A DNA stretch of 64,000 bases, taken from the NCBI RefSeq assembly GCF_001194135.2, contig NC_068999.1, forward strand, positions 51,438,561-51,502,560, given 5' to 3'. Made by a program: the position numbers and the translations under genes. Below, piece after piece: positions 51,949 through 64,000 of the stretch. This DNA is from Octopus bimaculoides (lineage: Eukaryota). Positions within the stretch are counted from its first letter, which is position 1; the number at the start of each line of letters is the position of its first letter. The notes under the pieces are model-generated. The model was not told where the DNA came from. It was given only the letters and a program-made list of their open reading frames with translations, and made no database searches.

Positions 51949-52547
51949 TGACCGCTCTACAACACAACTGCTTCAGGTCTTTCCGTCTTTCTCCTCTTAT
52001 AAAAAAAAGAAATACAAAAGAAAAAAACATCCGAAATATCATAAAGTTTGGAATTGTTGATTTTAATTTTTGGTTTGACATTTTCAAGTTGGCGAAACTA
52101 TATTATCATCAATCACAACTGGAGAGATATGAAGTTTAAATATCAACTTAAATCAAAATCCACTATCTGTGATTCTAAATTGGTTTATATTCTTTCACAA
52201 TCATAGTCCTATTTTGGGTTTGTTTTCGTTTCGTTTCAATTTTTCTCTTCATTTTTCATTTTCTAATTGAGTTTACTACTTTGCGCGAATTTTTCAGCTC
52301 TCTTTTTTACCATTCCATTTTTCAACTCCATTTATAATCCGTTTACTATTGAAAAGAAAGAAATTTATCTAGAAAGAGGAATGTGTCCTATATGTCAAAC
52401 ATGAAAGTAAAAATGATATTTCATGGTACATATACGTGGGAGGTTGCTTCAGTTCTTTCTTCTTGCAGCGGTTAGAATATTCATATGTATGTGTTTATTA
52501 GTGTATGTACAGGCATATGTATATATATATTATGTATATATGTTCAA

Positions 52548-52585
<38 letters not shown>

Positions 52586-52794
52586 TGTGTGTATGTGTGT
52601 GTGTTTATGTGTATATATATATATATATATAATTATGATATAGACAGACAGATAGAGGAGAGAGAGATAATTATGATATATATATATTTAGCATAAATAT
52701 ATATTATTTTAAATATACATCAGTATGTATGTGAGAGATAGAGAGAGACTCAGAGAGAAACAGGGAAAGGCACAGAGAGAGAGAGTGAGAAAGA

Positions 52795-52990
52795 GCACAT
52801 TGCTTAGTAGTTAGGGTGTTGCACTCATGGTCGTAAGATCATGGTTTCAATTCTTCATCTGGGCGGTGCGTTGTGTTCTTGAGCAAAACAATTCATCTCA
52901 CGTTGTTCTGCGAACGCTTCGCCGTGTGAACCTGTTCAGGCAACTTTGATTTGACAGAGGGAGTGAGTTAATGTTGAGCACATGTCGACG
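52795..52990 (+). mobile_element. CORE-type tRNA SINE, third tail variant
   Basis: TGCTTAGTAGTTAGGGTGTTGCACTCATGGTCG..GGTTTCAATTC..GCGTTGTGTTCTTGAGCAAAACAATTCATCTCACGTTG; tail CCTGTTCAGGCAACTTTGATTTG. Confidence 0.7.
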
Positions 52991-54355
52991 GAGATGATAA
53001 TCACAATAATGACGATGATACGGTTGCTGGTGATGGTGATAATGAGGATGATGATGATGTGATGATGATAACGGAGGGGCGGAGGAGGAGGGGAGGAGGA
53101 GGTNNNNNNNNNNNNNNNNNNNNNNNNNNNNNNNNNNNNNNNNNNNNNNNNNNNNNNNNNNNNNNNNNNNNNNNNNNNNNNNNNNNNNNNNNNNNNNNNN
53201 NNNNNNNNNNNNNNNNNNNNNNNNNNNNNNNNNNNNNNNNNNNNNNNNNNNNNNNNNNNNNNNNNNNNNNNNNNNNNNNNNNNNNNNNNNNNNNNNNNNN
53301 NNNNNNNNNNNNNNNNNNNNNNNNNNNNNNNNNNNNNNNNNNNNNNNNNNNNNNNNNNNNNNNNNNNNNNNNNNNNNNNNNNNNNNNNNNNNNNNNNNNN
53401 NNNNNNNNNNNNNNNNNNNNNNNNNNNNNNNNNNNNNNNNNNNNNNNNNNNNNNNNNNNNNNNNNNNNNNNNNNNNNNNNNNNNNNNNNNNNNNNNNNNN
53501 NNNNNNNNNNNNNNNNNNNNNNNNNNNNNNNNNNNNNNNNNNNNNNNNNNNNNNNNNNNNNNNNNNNNNNNNNNNNNNNNNNNNNNNNNNNNNNNNNNNN
53601 NNNNNNNNNNNNNNNNNNNNNNNNNNNNNNNNNNNNNNNNNNNNNNNNNNNNNNNNNNNNNNNNNNNNNNNNNNNNNNNNNNNNNNNNNNNNNNNNNNNN
53701 NNNNNNNNNNNNNNNNNNNNNNNNNNNNNNNNNNNNNNNNNNNNNNNNNNNNNNNNNNNNNNNNNNNNNNNNNNNNNNNNNNNNNNNNNNNNNNNNNNNN
53801 NNNNNNNNNNNNNNNNNNNNNNNNNNNNNNNNNNNNNNNNNNNNNNNNNNNNNNNNNNNNNNNNNNNNNNNNNNNNNNNNNNNNNNNNNNNNNNNNNNNN
53901 NNNNNNNNNNNNNNNNNNNNNNNNNNNNNNNNNNNNNNNNNNNNNNNNNNNNNNNNNNNGAGGAGGAGGAGGAGGAGGAGGAGGAGGAGGAAACTGTTCT
54001 TGCTACAGCTGCTGTTTCTTAACGAGGTACTATCATTAAGAGAATGAGGAATCTGAATCAACGTGGCAATCTTCGAAATATAATTCACTTCCAGTCAACG
54101 GTAATCCTAACTTGGCTTGATCTGCTAGAATTGGTATGCAAGTGACTAAGAAAGTGAAGATCAGTTTGGAAGAACTGGAGCAAAATTCGATTTGATTGCT
54201 ACGAAGAATATTCATCTAAAGATTATGAAAATTAAATTAAACTGAAACAAAAGGGATTAACGAATAAATAAGTATAGATCGTTCATAATATGTTTATAAC
54301 GTGCATATAATACATACATACACACACAAACATTTATACATATAAATATATATAT

Positions 54356-54422
<67 letters not shown>

Positions 54423-54512
54423 CGTATATATATATATATGAATATATACACATGCACAGAAAATAATACATATATGTGCATGTGTATATATGTATGTATA
54501 TAAGTATATACA

Positions 54513-54552
<40 letters not shown>

Positions 54553-55416
54553 NNNNNNNNNNNNNNNNNNNNNNNNNNNNNNNNNNNNNNNNNNNNNNNN
54601 NNNNNNNNNNNNNNNNNNNNNNNNNNNNNNNNNNNNNNNNNNNNNNNNNNNNNNNNNNNNNNNNNNNNNNNNNNNNNNNNNNNNNNNNNNNNNNNNNNNN
54701 NNNNNNNNNNNNNNNNNNNNNNNNNNNNNNNNNNNNNNNNNNNNNNNNNNNNNNNNNNNNNNNNNNNNNNNNNNNNNNNNNNNNNNNNNNNNNNNNNNNN
54801 NNNNNNNNNNNNNNNNNNNNNNNNNNNNNNNNNNNNNNNNNNNNNNNNNNNNNNNNNNNNNNNNNNNNNNNNNNNNNNNNNNNNNNNNNNNNNNNNNNNN
54901 NNNNNNNNNNNNNNNNNNNNNNNNNNNNNNNNNNNNNNNNNNNNNNNNNNNNNNNNNNNNNNNNNNNNNNNNNNNNNNNNNNNNNNNNNNNNNNNNNNNN
55001 NNNNNNNNNNNNNNNNNNNNNNNNNNNNNNNNNNNNNNNNNNNNNNNNNNNNNNNNNNNNNNNNNNNNNNNNNNNNNNNNNNNNNNNNNNNNNNNNNNNN
55101 NNNNNNNNNNNNNNNNNNNNNNNNNNNNNNNNNNNNNNNNNNNNNNNNNNNNNNNNNNNNNNNNNNNNNNNNNNNNNNNNNNNNNNNNNNNNNNNNNNNN
55201 NNNNNNNNNNNNNNNNNNNNNNNNNNNNNNNNNNNNNNNNNNNNNNNNNNNNNNNNNNNNNNNNNNNNNNNNNNNNNNNNNNNNNNNNNNNNNNNNNNNN
55301 NNNNNNNNNNNNNNNNNNNNNNNNNNNNNNNNNNNNNNNNNNNNNNNNNNNNNNNNNNNNNNNNNNNNNNNNNNNNNNNNNNNNNNNNNNNNNNNNNNNN
55401 NNNNNNNNNNNNNNNN

Positions 55417-55469
<53 letters not shown>

Positions 55470-55624
55470 TGGTGGTGGTGTTTGACTGGGAGGACTGGGA
55501 GGAAGCGGAGGAGGAGGAAGAGGAGAGGGAGTGAAGGAGGAGGAGGGGAATTGGGGAGAGGGGGGAGGAGATAATAGTGATAGACGTGATCATGATCCTG
55601 ATTGTGATGATTACGATAATGGTG

Positions 55625-55770
55625 AGAGTCGGCGAAATGGCAGAAACGTTAGCACGCCGGACGAAATGGCGGTATTGCTTCTGTCTTTACGCTCTGAGTT
55701 CAAATTCCACCGAGGTCGACTTTGCCCTTCATCCTTTCTGAGCCTTGTGCCTGGAGTAGAAAAGAAGAGT
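55625..55770 (+). mobile_element. SINE-A, internally deleted
   Basis: Head and B-box joined directly to GCCTTGTGCCT...GTAGAAA tail. Confidence 0.8.
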
Positions 55771-56143
55771 GATAATGGTGCGTAAGATTATTATCAAGGA
55801 AAATGGTGAGGACCATGACGAAGGCATTGGTGACAATGCTGATGAGGATGATGATGATAACGATGATGATGATGTAGAGCAAAAAGTGTAGCGAGCAGAA
55901 AACAACGACGTGAAAGAAACCGCCATTTATCATCACCCCCTCTTCCTACCCCACCCCTACCCGGGCCACATTCACGCAAAAAACACAACGCCGAATTATG
56001 GTGCCATAAAACTCCATTCCTACTCAATTCTCGACACTTAAAACCTCGCACTTATCTCACTTTATATTCCTATCTTCACATTTACCAAAGCCATCTTCAC
56101 CAAAATAATAGAGTGGTTTGTGTATGTCTATACATCTATGCGT

Positions 56144-56211
<68 letters not shown>

Positions 56212-56602
56212 ACTTATATGCACACGCCTACGCACACACATACACACACACACACACACGTATGCTAAGATGTCAGTTAGATTCCATAACAGGTTTCCCT
56301 GCAGATCTTGATTTCTGAGAACGATTTTTTTTTTACATTTCTACTCACCTGTTGTATATATGTGCATATATACAAATATATATATACATGTGTTTGTGTG
56401 CGTATATTTTCTTTGGTATATATTGTGTATATGTGTGAATGCCCGTGTGCCTGTACGTGTTTCAAATGTATGATGCGTGTATGTGAGCATGTATGTATGC
56501 GTGATGAATGATTGAATACATATATATATTTACACATTCACACATTTTTGCACTCATACACTCACACACAAACGCACATAGATAGATAGATAGATAGATA
56601 CA

Positions 56603-56810
56603 TTTCTTTTATTAGCCACACAGGGCTCAACGAAGATGGGACAAATACAATGTAGAGCTTTTCTTTTTGGGAGGGGGAAGGAAGGAAAAAAAAAAAAAAT
56701 TGGTGGTGTCGATCAAAAGGGATCGTAGGAAGGGAAAAAGGAGCAGTTCGATCAAAAGGGATCGAAAAAAAAAGAGAAAAGGAAAGGCCGATCAATAGGG
56801 ATCGTGTATC
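56603..56810 (-). mobile_element. Retroposon 3' end (L1/Tx1-like UTR or derived SINE) within (GATA)n
   Basis: Minus strand ends ...CCCTGTGTGGCTAATAAAAGAAA; three CGATC-N6-GATCG hairpins; (GATA)n on both flanks. Confidence 0.5.
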
Positions 56811-56869
<59 letters not shown>

Positions 56870-57233
56870 NNNNNNNNNNNNNNNNNNNNNNNNNNNNNNN
56901 NNNNNNNNNNNNNNNNNNNNNNNNNNNNNNNNNNNNNNNNNNNNNNNNNNNNNNNNNNNNNNNNNNNNNNNNNNNNNNNNNNNNNNNNNNNNNNNNNNNN
57001 NNNNNNNNNNNNNNNNNNNNNNNNNNNNNNNNNNNNNNNNNNNNNNNNNNNNNNNNNNNNNNNNNNNNNNNNNNNNNNNNNNNNNNNNNNNNNNNNNNNN
57101 NNNNNNNNNNNNNNNNNNNNNNNNNNNNNNNNNNNNNNNNNNNNNNNNNNNNNNNNNNNNNNNNNNNNNNNNNNNNNNNNNNNNNNNNNNNNNNNNNNNN
57201 NNNNNNNNNNNNNNNNNNNNNNNNNNNNNNNNN

Positions 57234-57264
<31 letters not shown>

Positions 57265-57439
57265 CAGAGATCTACTTGCATAGCAAGTGACTTGATCTGA
57301 GATCGTGTGCTGAAACAAAAACAATTGCAGCCTGGAAGATGTTTATAAGCCTTTCATTTTGAGTTTGATTTTCTCCGCTGCCCATTTCTCCTCAGCAGTT
57401 CTTTGCTTATTTATGATGGTCATGAATTGTTTGGGGTTA

Positions 57440-57804
57440 TATATATTTTTTTTTTATATTCGTGCATTACTGCGGCAGGGAGTGTTTTTACTGTGATTTC
57501 TGTGTTAGCTTAGAGCCCCATTTCTATTAGTGCGCCGGATCCCTGGAAGATGAGTGAAGGGACAGTCATGCAACAGACATTGTTTCTCGCATTGGGAATA
57601 CCAGCAGATTCTGGGATTCCGTGCTACGTGAGTTTTAATATTCAATTTACTATTTGGTGGTGTTATTGTGGGATGCGTGCTTTGGCCTTGGGTGGTAGTT
57701 TTTGTCTGGATTGTGCGTCTAATGTCAGGTCAATGTGTAAAGATGCAGTCACTACGTGTGCAGAACCCGTAACAGGGAATAACGGCATATTTTGAAGTTT
57801 CTTG
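57440..57804 (-). pseudogene. Decayed ORF with tandem CCCH-type zinc-finger motifs
   Basis: One frame: ..IPCYGFCTRSDCIFTH*..RICWYSQCEKQCLLHDCPFTH..*..TPCRSN; two C-X3-C-X4-C-X3-H motifs. Confidence 0.55.
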
Positions 57805-58281
57805 TTAATGTCGTGGGGGACACATTCTGCTTCATATATTTTTTTGGTTTTTTTATACTACAGTAGGATAGAAGCGGCGATGTGGGGGAAGAAAGCAGTG
57901 TTTTATTTTTAGTATTTGTGGTAGTAGAAGATGGTGGTGGCAGCGGTGGTGATGACGATGAAGATGACGACGATGATAAAGTAAGACGTGTATGTGGGTG
58001 TGTAGGTGTGTGTGTGCATGTGGTGCGTATGTGTGTATGTATACGCACACACATATATACGCACACTTATATTGTTTGTATATAAAAGAGGAAACAGTAA
58101 ATAATTCACTAGTACACAATAAAAATCTTACCACACACGTAAAATATGTTTGTGATAATAAGATATGATTTTCATGAATAATGGATCAAGAATGTCTCAT
58201 CAAAGTTCACGCACATATTTTCCGTGCATGGGAAAACTTCGAATGATGTACAGGCAAATCAGCAGTTGTTTACTTATTTAC

Positions 58282-58329
<48 letters not shown>

Positions 58330-58394
58330 CAAATAATAAATGAGTATATGCATATATACGTACAGGTATGTGCATACCTACGTCTACCTGTATA

Positions 58395-58560
58395 TATAGG
58401 TGCATATCCGGGTACAGGACATTGCAAACAAAACGTAGACAAAAAAATAATAATAACCAGAGTACAGAACACACACAGGCCACATAGAGAACATTTTCCT
58501 TCATCAGCTACCCCCGTTCTAACACATGCGTTTCGAAGAGTAGGGCAGGACGCATCGTTA
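58395..58560 (-). mobile_element. Short repeat with GAAAC and CTGATGA motifs, homologous to 13005-13175
   Basis: Minus: CTACTCTTC-GAAA-CGCATGTGTTAGAACGGGGGTAG-CTGATGA-AGG...GTCCTGTACCCGGATATGCA. Confidence 0.5.
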
Positions 58561-60539
58561 AAATGGCGTGCGGGTGTGTATTTCCATACTACACATGTAT
58601 AAACACTTATATACGTTTATAAAACATACTCAGATTATATAATCGCGCGCCCATGTCTGTGTGTGTTTATGTATTCATGATATATGTGTGGATGTGCTTT
58701 TGCGTTAGATTAACTGTAATGTATATATGTGATTGTGCATTTCGTGTATCAGTATTTGTATACCTGATTTTGCCTCTGTTTATATGTATATGCATGATTA
58801 TGTGAGTACGTGTATGTGTATGCTATACATTGTAACGTGAAGCAATATATTTCTGCACGCCCCTATTCTATTTATTATTCTCTCTATTTTATTACAGACA
58901 CCCATTACTATTAATGTACATATACGTTCGAACACATACATACATACACAAATACTCTTAAATACATACAGAGATACATTTATACATGCGTACATATACA
59001 TGCGTGCATGTATGTATGTGTATATAGGTCATCATACCCACATACACTTCTTCACGCTCGTGTCGATGCGCATGCTGGCTGACGCCACGCCTTGTGCGGT
59101 GGCGTGAAAGAGACGACTCAAATCATCCATGCATGGATCTATCTATTGGATGAAAAATGGTAATGGGTAACTATATATATATATATATATNNNNNNNNNN
59201 NNNNNNNNNNNNNNNNNNNNNNNNNNNNNNNNNNNNNNNNNNNNNNNNNNNNNNNNNNNNNNNNNNNNNNNNNNNNNNNNNNNNNNNNNNNNNNNNNNNN
59301 NNNNNNNNNNNNNNNNNNNNNNNNNNNNNNNNNNNNNNNNNNNNNNNNNNNNNNNNNNNNNNNNNNNNNNNNNNNNNNNNNNNNNNNNNNNNNNNNNNNN
59401 NNNNNNNNNNNNNNNNNNNNNNNNNNNNNNNNNNNNNNNNNNNNNNNNNNNNNNNNNNNNNNNNNNNNNNNNNNNNNNNNNNNNNNNNNNNNNNNNNNNN
59501 NNNNNNNNNNNNNNNNNNNNNNNNNNNNNNNNNNNNNNNNNNNNNNNNNNNNNNNNNNNNNNNNNNNNNNNNNNNNNNNNNNNNNNNNNNNNNNNNNNNN
59601 NNNNNNNNNNNNNNNNNNNNNNNNNNNNNNNNNNNNNNNNNNNNNNNNNNNNNNNNNNNNNNNNNNNNNNNNNNNNNNNNNNNNNNNNNNNNNNNNNNNN
59701 NNNNNNNNNNNNNNNNNNNNNNNNNNNNNNNNNNNNNNNNNNNNNNNNNNNNNNNNNNNNNNNNNNNNNNNNNNNNNNNNNNNNNNNNNNNNNNNNNNNN
59801 NNNNNNNNNNNNNNNNNNNNNATATATATATATATATATACATTATATATATATATGCCTTCTCTTTCTGTACATTTTAAATCCAGTATATTTCTTCATT
59901 GCATCTTCTTTCCTTCCTTTCTCTTATTCACCAGTGAACACGACAAACGGTTTGAATCAAACAGATTTGAGTTGACACGTAATCTAATCTGCAAACGCTA
60001 AAACCATCACAGTAAAAGACATAATCCAGATGAAAGGATATATTCCATCACTGGAATATTTCCAGTATAAAACAACATTAAGAGTAATAATAAAAACAAT
60101 GAGGAAAAATAATAAAAAAACATATATGGGAATGGGAAATTAAATGGCGTCGATATGTATGTACATTAGAGCGTTCTTGCTTGCGTGAATATCTGTGCGT
60201 GCGTGCGTGTGTGTGCGTACGTGTGTGAGTGTGTATTTGTATTCCTGTGAATGGCTGAGGTTATGCATGTTTCGATGTGCACTAACGTAAATTTGCAATA
60301 TAGCGTGTATGTGTGTAGATAAGTATTATGTATGTTTGCATTTATATATATATGTATATAGATAGATAGATAGATAGATATGTATACAATTAAATATATT
60401 TATATATACATATGCACATGCATATATACATATATGTATGTGTGTATGTGTGTGTGTGTTTGTGTGTGTGCATATACGCGTATTTACATATCTATTCATA
60501 CTCATATATATATATACATATATATACACATATATATAC

Positions 60540-60605
<66 letters not shown>

Positions 60606-60924
60606 ATGTATGGGTGCAAGTATGCTCGCATTAATATATTTATATACATATTCGTTTACGCCTGTATATTCGTGTTTCACGTCCATGTATCTGCGTGTGT
60701 CTGAGTGTTGTTATATGCCTATTCATGTATCTATCTCTCTCTTCTCTCTCTTTCTTTGTTTGTATGTATGTGTCTGTGTGTATGTGTGCGACTGCGAACT
60801 CTTTGCTGACTGACTGACCAGAGGGAACCCAATGGATGTAGCTGGTGACTTTGTTGTCTAAAAAGAGGATTATCATGAGCCTCCTGGTGTACTTTGCCTG
60901 GCTTCTTCTGCTAGCAAAATAAAA

Positions 60925-61095
60925 ACCGATGGTGGTGTGTTTACGTTCCTGTAACTTAGCAGTTCGGCAAAAGAGACCGATAGAATAAGTACTAGGCTTC
61001 CAAAGAATAAGTCCTGGGGTCTCTTTGCTCGACTAAAAGCGGTGCTCCAGCATGGCCAAAGTCAAATGACTGAAACAAGTAAAAGAGTAAAAGAG

Positions 61096-61132
<37 letters not shown>

Positions 61133-61192
61133 GATGGGCTTCTTTCAGTTTCCATCTACCAAACGCACTCACAAGACTTTTGGTCGGTCCTG
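60925..61192. mobile_element. SINE-B 3' half (+, 60925-61097), (TA)n, then SINE-B 5' piece (-, 61130-61192)
   Basis: Both pieces match the full-length copy at 45526-45951. Confidence 0.85.
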
Positions 61193-61287
61193 GGATTCTT
61201 TTAAACACCGAATGGCTATGAGGGTCCATCCAAGTAAAAGAGGAATCAAGGCGGGGGCCATAGGCAAAAAGTGGCTGAGAACCACTG
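61193..61287 (-). mobile_element. hAT/Charlie-like MITE end
   Basis: Minus strand starts CAGTGGTTCTCAGCCACTTTTT, resembling the CAGTGGTTCTCAA termini of hAT-Charlie MITEs; the other end was not found. Confidence 0.45.
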
Positions 61288-61299
61288 TGCTGATTCTTT

Positions 61300-61740
61300 C
61301 ACTGTCCAAAGTCTTCCCCAGGATATCTGTACTTCCTTTGGTGCATTTATTTCTATTAATAATTTTACCAAGTTCTTGATAAATTATTTTGGAATGAAGT
61401 CAAGCTTTATTTTTATTGTTGCTTTTAATAGCGAAGGATTCTTTTCATTTGAGCAAGGATCTATTGCTTCAAAAGTTCTTTGATTTTAGGATCATTCATT
61501 TCTTTTTTTGTTACTTTATATTTCTGTGGCCGTTTCCACTCCTTTTTCTTCTTTCGTTATAGGTTTCATTACGAATATTCTTTTTCAAACTGTTTTGCTT
61601 ATAAGCTTCTTTGATATGTTGTTGCTGCATTCTCGAATATGTCCTTTCTCTCGTGTAATGCTAAGGTTGGTTTGAGGGTAATTTAGTTGCTATTTCTAGC
61701 ATGTCAAACAACCATTTTGAGGTTTCCCGTTGACTGACTC
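61300..61740 (-). pseudogene. Heavily decayed retroelement ORF1-like stretch (CCHC remnants)
   Basis: One frame with several stops: NGKPQNGCLTC*K..REKGHIRECS..; A-rich sense strand. Confidence 0.25.
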
Positions 61741-62339
61741 GAAAATATATTTTAAGAAATTGTGTAAGCATAACCGATGTTTATTCTGTCATAAAAATAA
61801 TGATGATAATAATAAACATTACGTTTGCTATACTTTCCAGAAAATGCAAAAATGATTACCGTATGAAAAACTAAATTGAAAAATAATCCAAGATAGAAAG
61901 CGAACATTATGTTATTATACAAATTAAATAAAGTACGAATAATAGCAAACAGCCATTTTCTAAAAATAATCAAAACAAACAAACAGAATTGGATAAAATT
62001 ACATTTAAGAAACAGAAAACAAAATTCAATTTAACAAAATTAAAGATTTCAGAATAATCACAGCGAAAATTTTGTGAAGAACTTAATTGAAAACGACGCA
62101 ATTTTCGGATATTTTATTTAGAAGAAAGAAAGAAATGTAGAGTATATAAGAACCTACAAATTAGTAAATGAGATAGAAATTGTGATTATGGATGTGTTTA
62201 AGATGGATTGGAACGATAAGGGTAGGAGGAATGAAAAGGATGAGGGGAAAATTTTTATAATAATTATCGATAAGCTTCTGTTAAGCTGCGAGGGTCTATT
62301 TGTTATCTTTTTTTTTTCTGTCATAGTGACAGAAATTAT

Positions 62340-62860
62340 GCTTCAATACACACATTATCGAAATTTTAGTCGGTATACAGCCAAATGATGAGACCGCGTC
62401 AGCAGCGGTGGTGCAGAACGCCGACAAATCTCTGTAACAAAATCATCAGAACTTTGCCTATCTCAGTATCTTCCGCAAGTATCTCAAAGGTTCCAGTGAC
62501 ATTAAATGAATGGGAAAGGATATACATACATGATAAACTGAGGAAATGGTGCGGTATTGACTTCATCGGAAATAAAATCGCTATACATAACATAATATTT
62601 GGTTTGCACACTAAATATTAATGACTCAATATGAAAGCCGAAATTCCAATCTGTTTATACTTTTTGAGTTATGTATGCTGTTGCAAATGATTTAATAGAG
62701 TGTTAGTTCAGTTGTTAAAAATGAAATTCAGCAAAGTCTTTTACAGTCAACTAGTAGATCGTGCTTTTAAATTGTACTAAGAGCTAGAGTATTTAATTTT
62801 CAAACCTAAAGAATCCGGTTCTCGGATTCTTCAGTGGCTATCGTTAGAGAAATAGGGTTT
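62340..62860 (+). pseudogene. Possible decayed L1/Tx1-like C-terminal remnant
   Basis: ..IHDKLRKWCGIDFIGNKIAIHNIIFGL.. loosely resembles the post-RT W...C.I......NIIFG region; GC raised relative to flanks. Confidence 0.25.
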
Positions 62861-63004
62861 ATAGCTATGTATTCAACTAAGAATGTTGTCAGGGATAGAT
62901 CGTTGAGGGGAATAACATTGTATAATGATCATCACTAATGACTAGTTACAATTACAACTAATCACTAATTACAACACTATGTTCAGCTTCCAAATTATTT
63001 CCTA

Positions 63005-63040
<36 letters not shown>

Positions 63041-63219
63041 TCGGCGTGAATATTATGTAAAACATTTAAGATAGTTTAGACGATCATTTTCATATTCAGT
63101 TTTAACCTAGTGTATCAAGTTTTCATTTTTTAACCCAACAGCTTCTAAATTTATTTCTGAAATCTTTCAGAAATTATTTCATGTTTTTTTTTGTTTTTTT
63201 TATTGTGATTTCTAATATT

Positions 63220-63330
63220 GATTTCAAATTTTGTCACAAGATCAACAATTTCGAGGGAAAGGGGTAAGTTGATTACATCAGACCCAATGTCCCAATCTTC
63301 AACTGATGCTTATTTTATCGATCCCGAAAG
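63220..63330 (-). mobile_element. SINE-A 3' fragment
   Basis: TTGATTTCAAATTTTGTCACAAG...GGGGTAAGTTGATTACATC...GCTTATTTTATCGATCCCGAAAG. Confidence 0.75.
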
Positions 63331-64000
63331 AATTTGTGATTTCTAATACTAGAAGTAAATCGTTTTTCAAATTGCCGTAATGTTTTATTTGGAAGAGGAG
63401 GACATTGCTAAAAAGCCCAATTTTATTTTTCAATTTCAATATCCTTCTCCAGATACATGGCTTTCTGCTGTAATCTTTTCGTAAAGCGAGCAGTTTTCAT
63501 TAATGAATGTTTCAGCCAGTATTTGTGAGAATAGAATTGCAATATTTTCGGTTGATAAATCAATATGGTATTTATATATACTTCAACCTAAATTACGTAT
63601 GCATCAGCAGTATTGCAAACAGACCTCGACAAGAAAGAGCATGTTAATTTTGTGATTTTTACAATCAGAGACAAACAACACAAGGTGTAAACAATTCAAT
63701 GCTGGAAGCAACGCAAAATTAGTAATTTAAATTAAGTTGAAAAAGTATCTTTATATTCATATATGTGTATGTGTGCATTATATATACATGTATATGGTGT
63801 ACGTATATGTTTGCATGTATGTATGTATGCATGTATGTATGTATTTATGTATGCATGTATGCATGCATGCATGAATGTATGCATGTATGTATGTATGTGT
63901 CTGTATATGTGAGTGTGTCCATATCGATAGATAGAGTGACTGATTGAGTGACTGATTGATTGATAAATGGATAGGTGAATGGATGGATATATTGACAGAC

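Noticed and set aside
56710-56804. Regular repeats as a CRISPR-like array
   Set aside because: Only three 16-bp units with purine-rich low-complexity spacers, in a eukaryotic retroposon context with no cas genes.
59075-59115. CTGACG-hairpin-TGAAA hammerhead-like look
   Set aside because: Core lacks A9, stem II does not abut GAAA, and no stem I or III is present.
62399-62611. FEILAEDTEIGKVL as a cadherin/protocadherin repeat
   Set aside because: No DXD, LDRE or DXNDN motifs in frame.
62808-62830. 9-bp hairpin AAGAATCCG/CGGATTCTT after CTGAAGA on minus
   Set aside because: No GAAA follows, so it is not a hammerhead.

Overview
AT-rich, non-coding eukaryotic DNA saturated with microsatellites: (TA)n, (CA)n, (ATT)n, (GATA)n, (TACA)n and (GAA)n. 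About 9 kb is N, in 21 gaps that mostly open or close in (TA)n, as in a short-read draft. The repeat landscape resembles an octopus/coleoid cephalopod genome (inference). Nearly all ORFs in the supplied track are microsatellite or N-gap artefacts, and I recognise no host protein-coding gene; a few splice-bounded candidate exons are flagged at low confidence. Supported content: (1) many tRNA-derived SINE copies from at least four families; (2) decayed remnants of a mariner transposase with one TIR, a Tc1/mariner catalytic domain, an RTE-type endonuclease split by an inversion, and a Penelope-like RT/linker; (3) a ~920-bp foldback element and a perfect 58-bp palindrome. The most striking signal is a set of minimal type I hammerhead-ribozyme motifs. 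One, with an intact core, lies inside a tRNA-headed SINE-like element at 21721-22020 (-). Family labels A/B/C are mine; all alignments and translations were done by eye.
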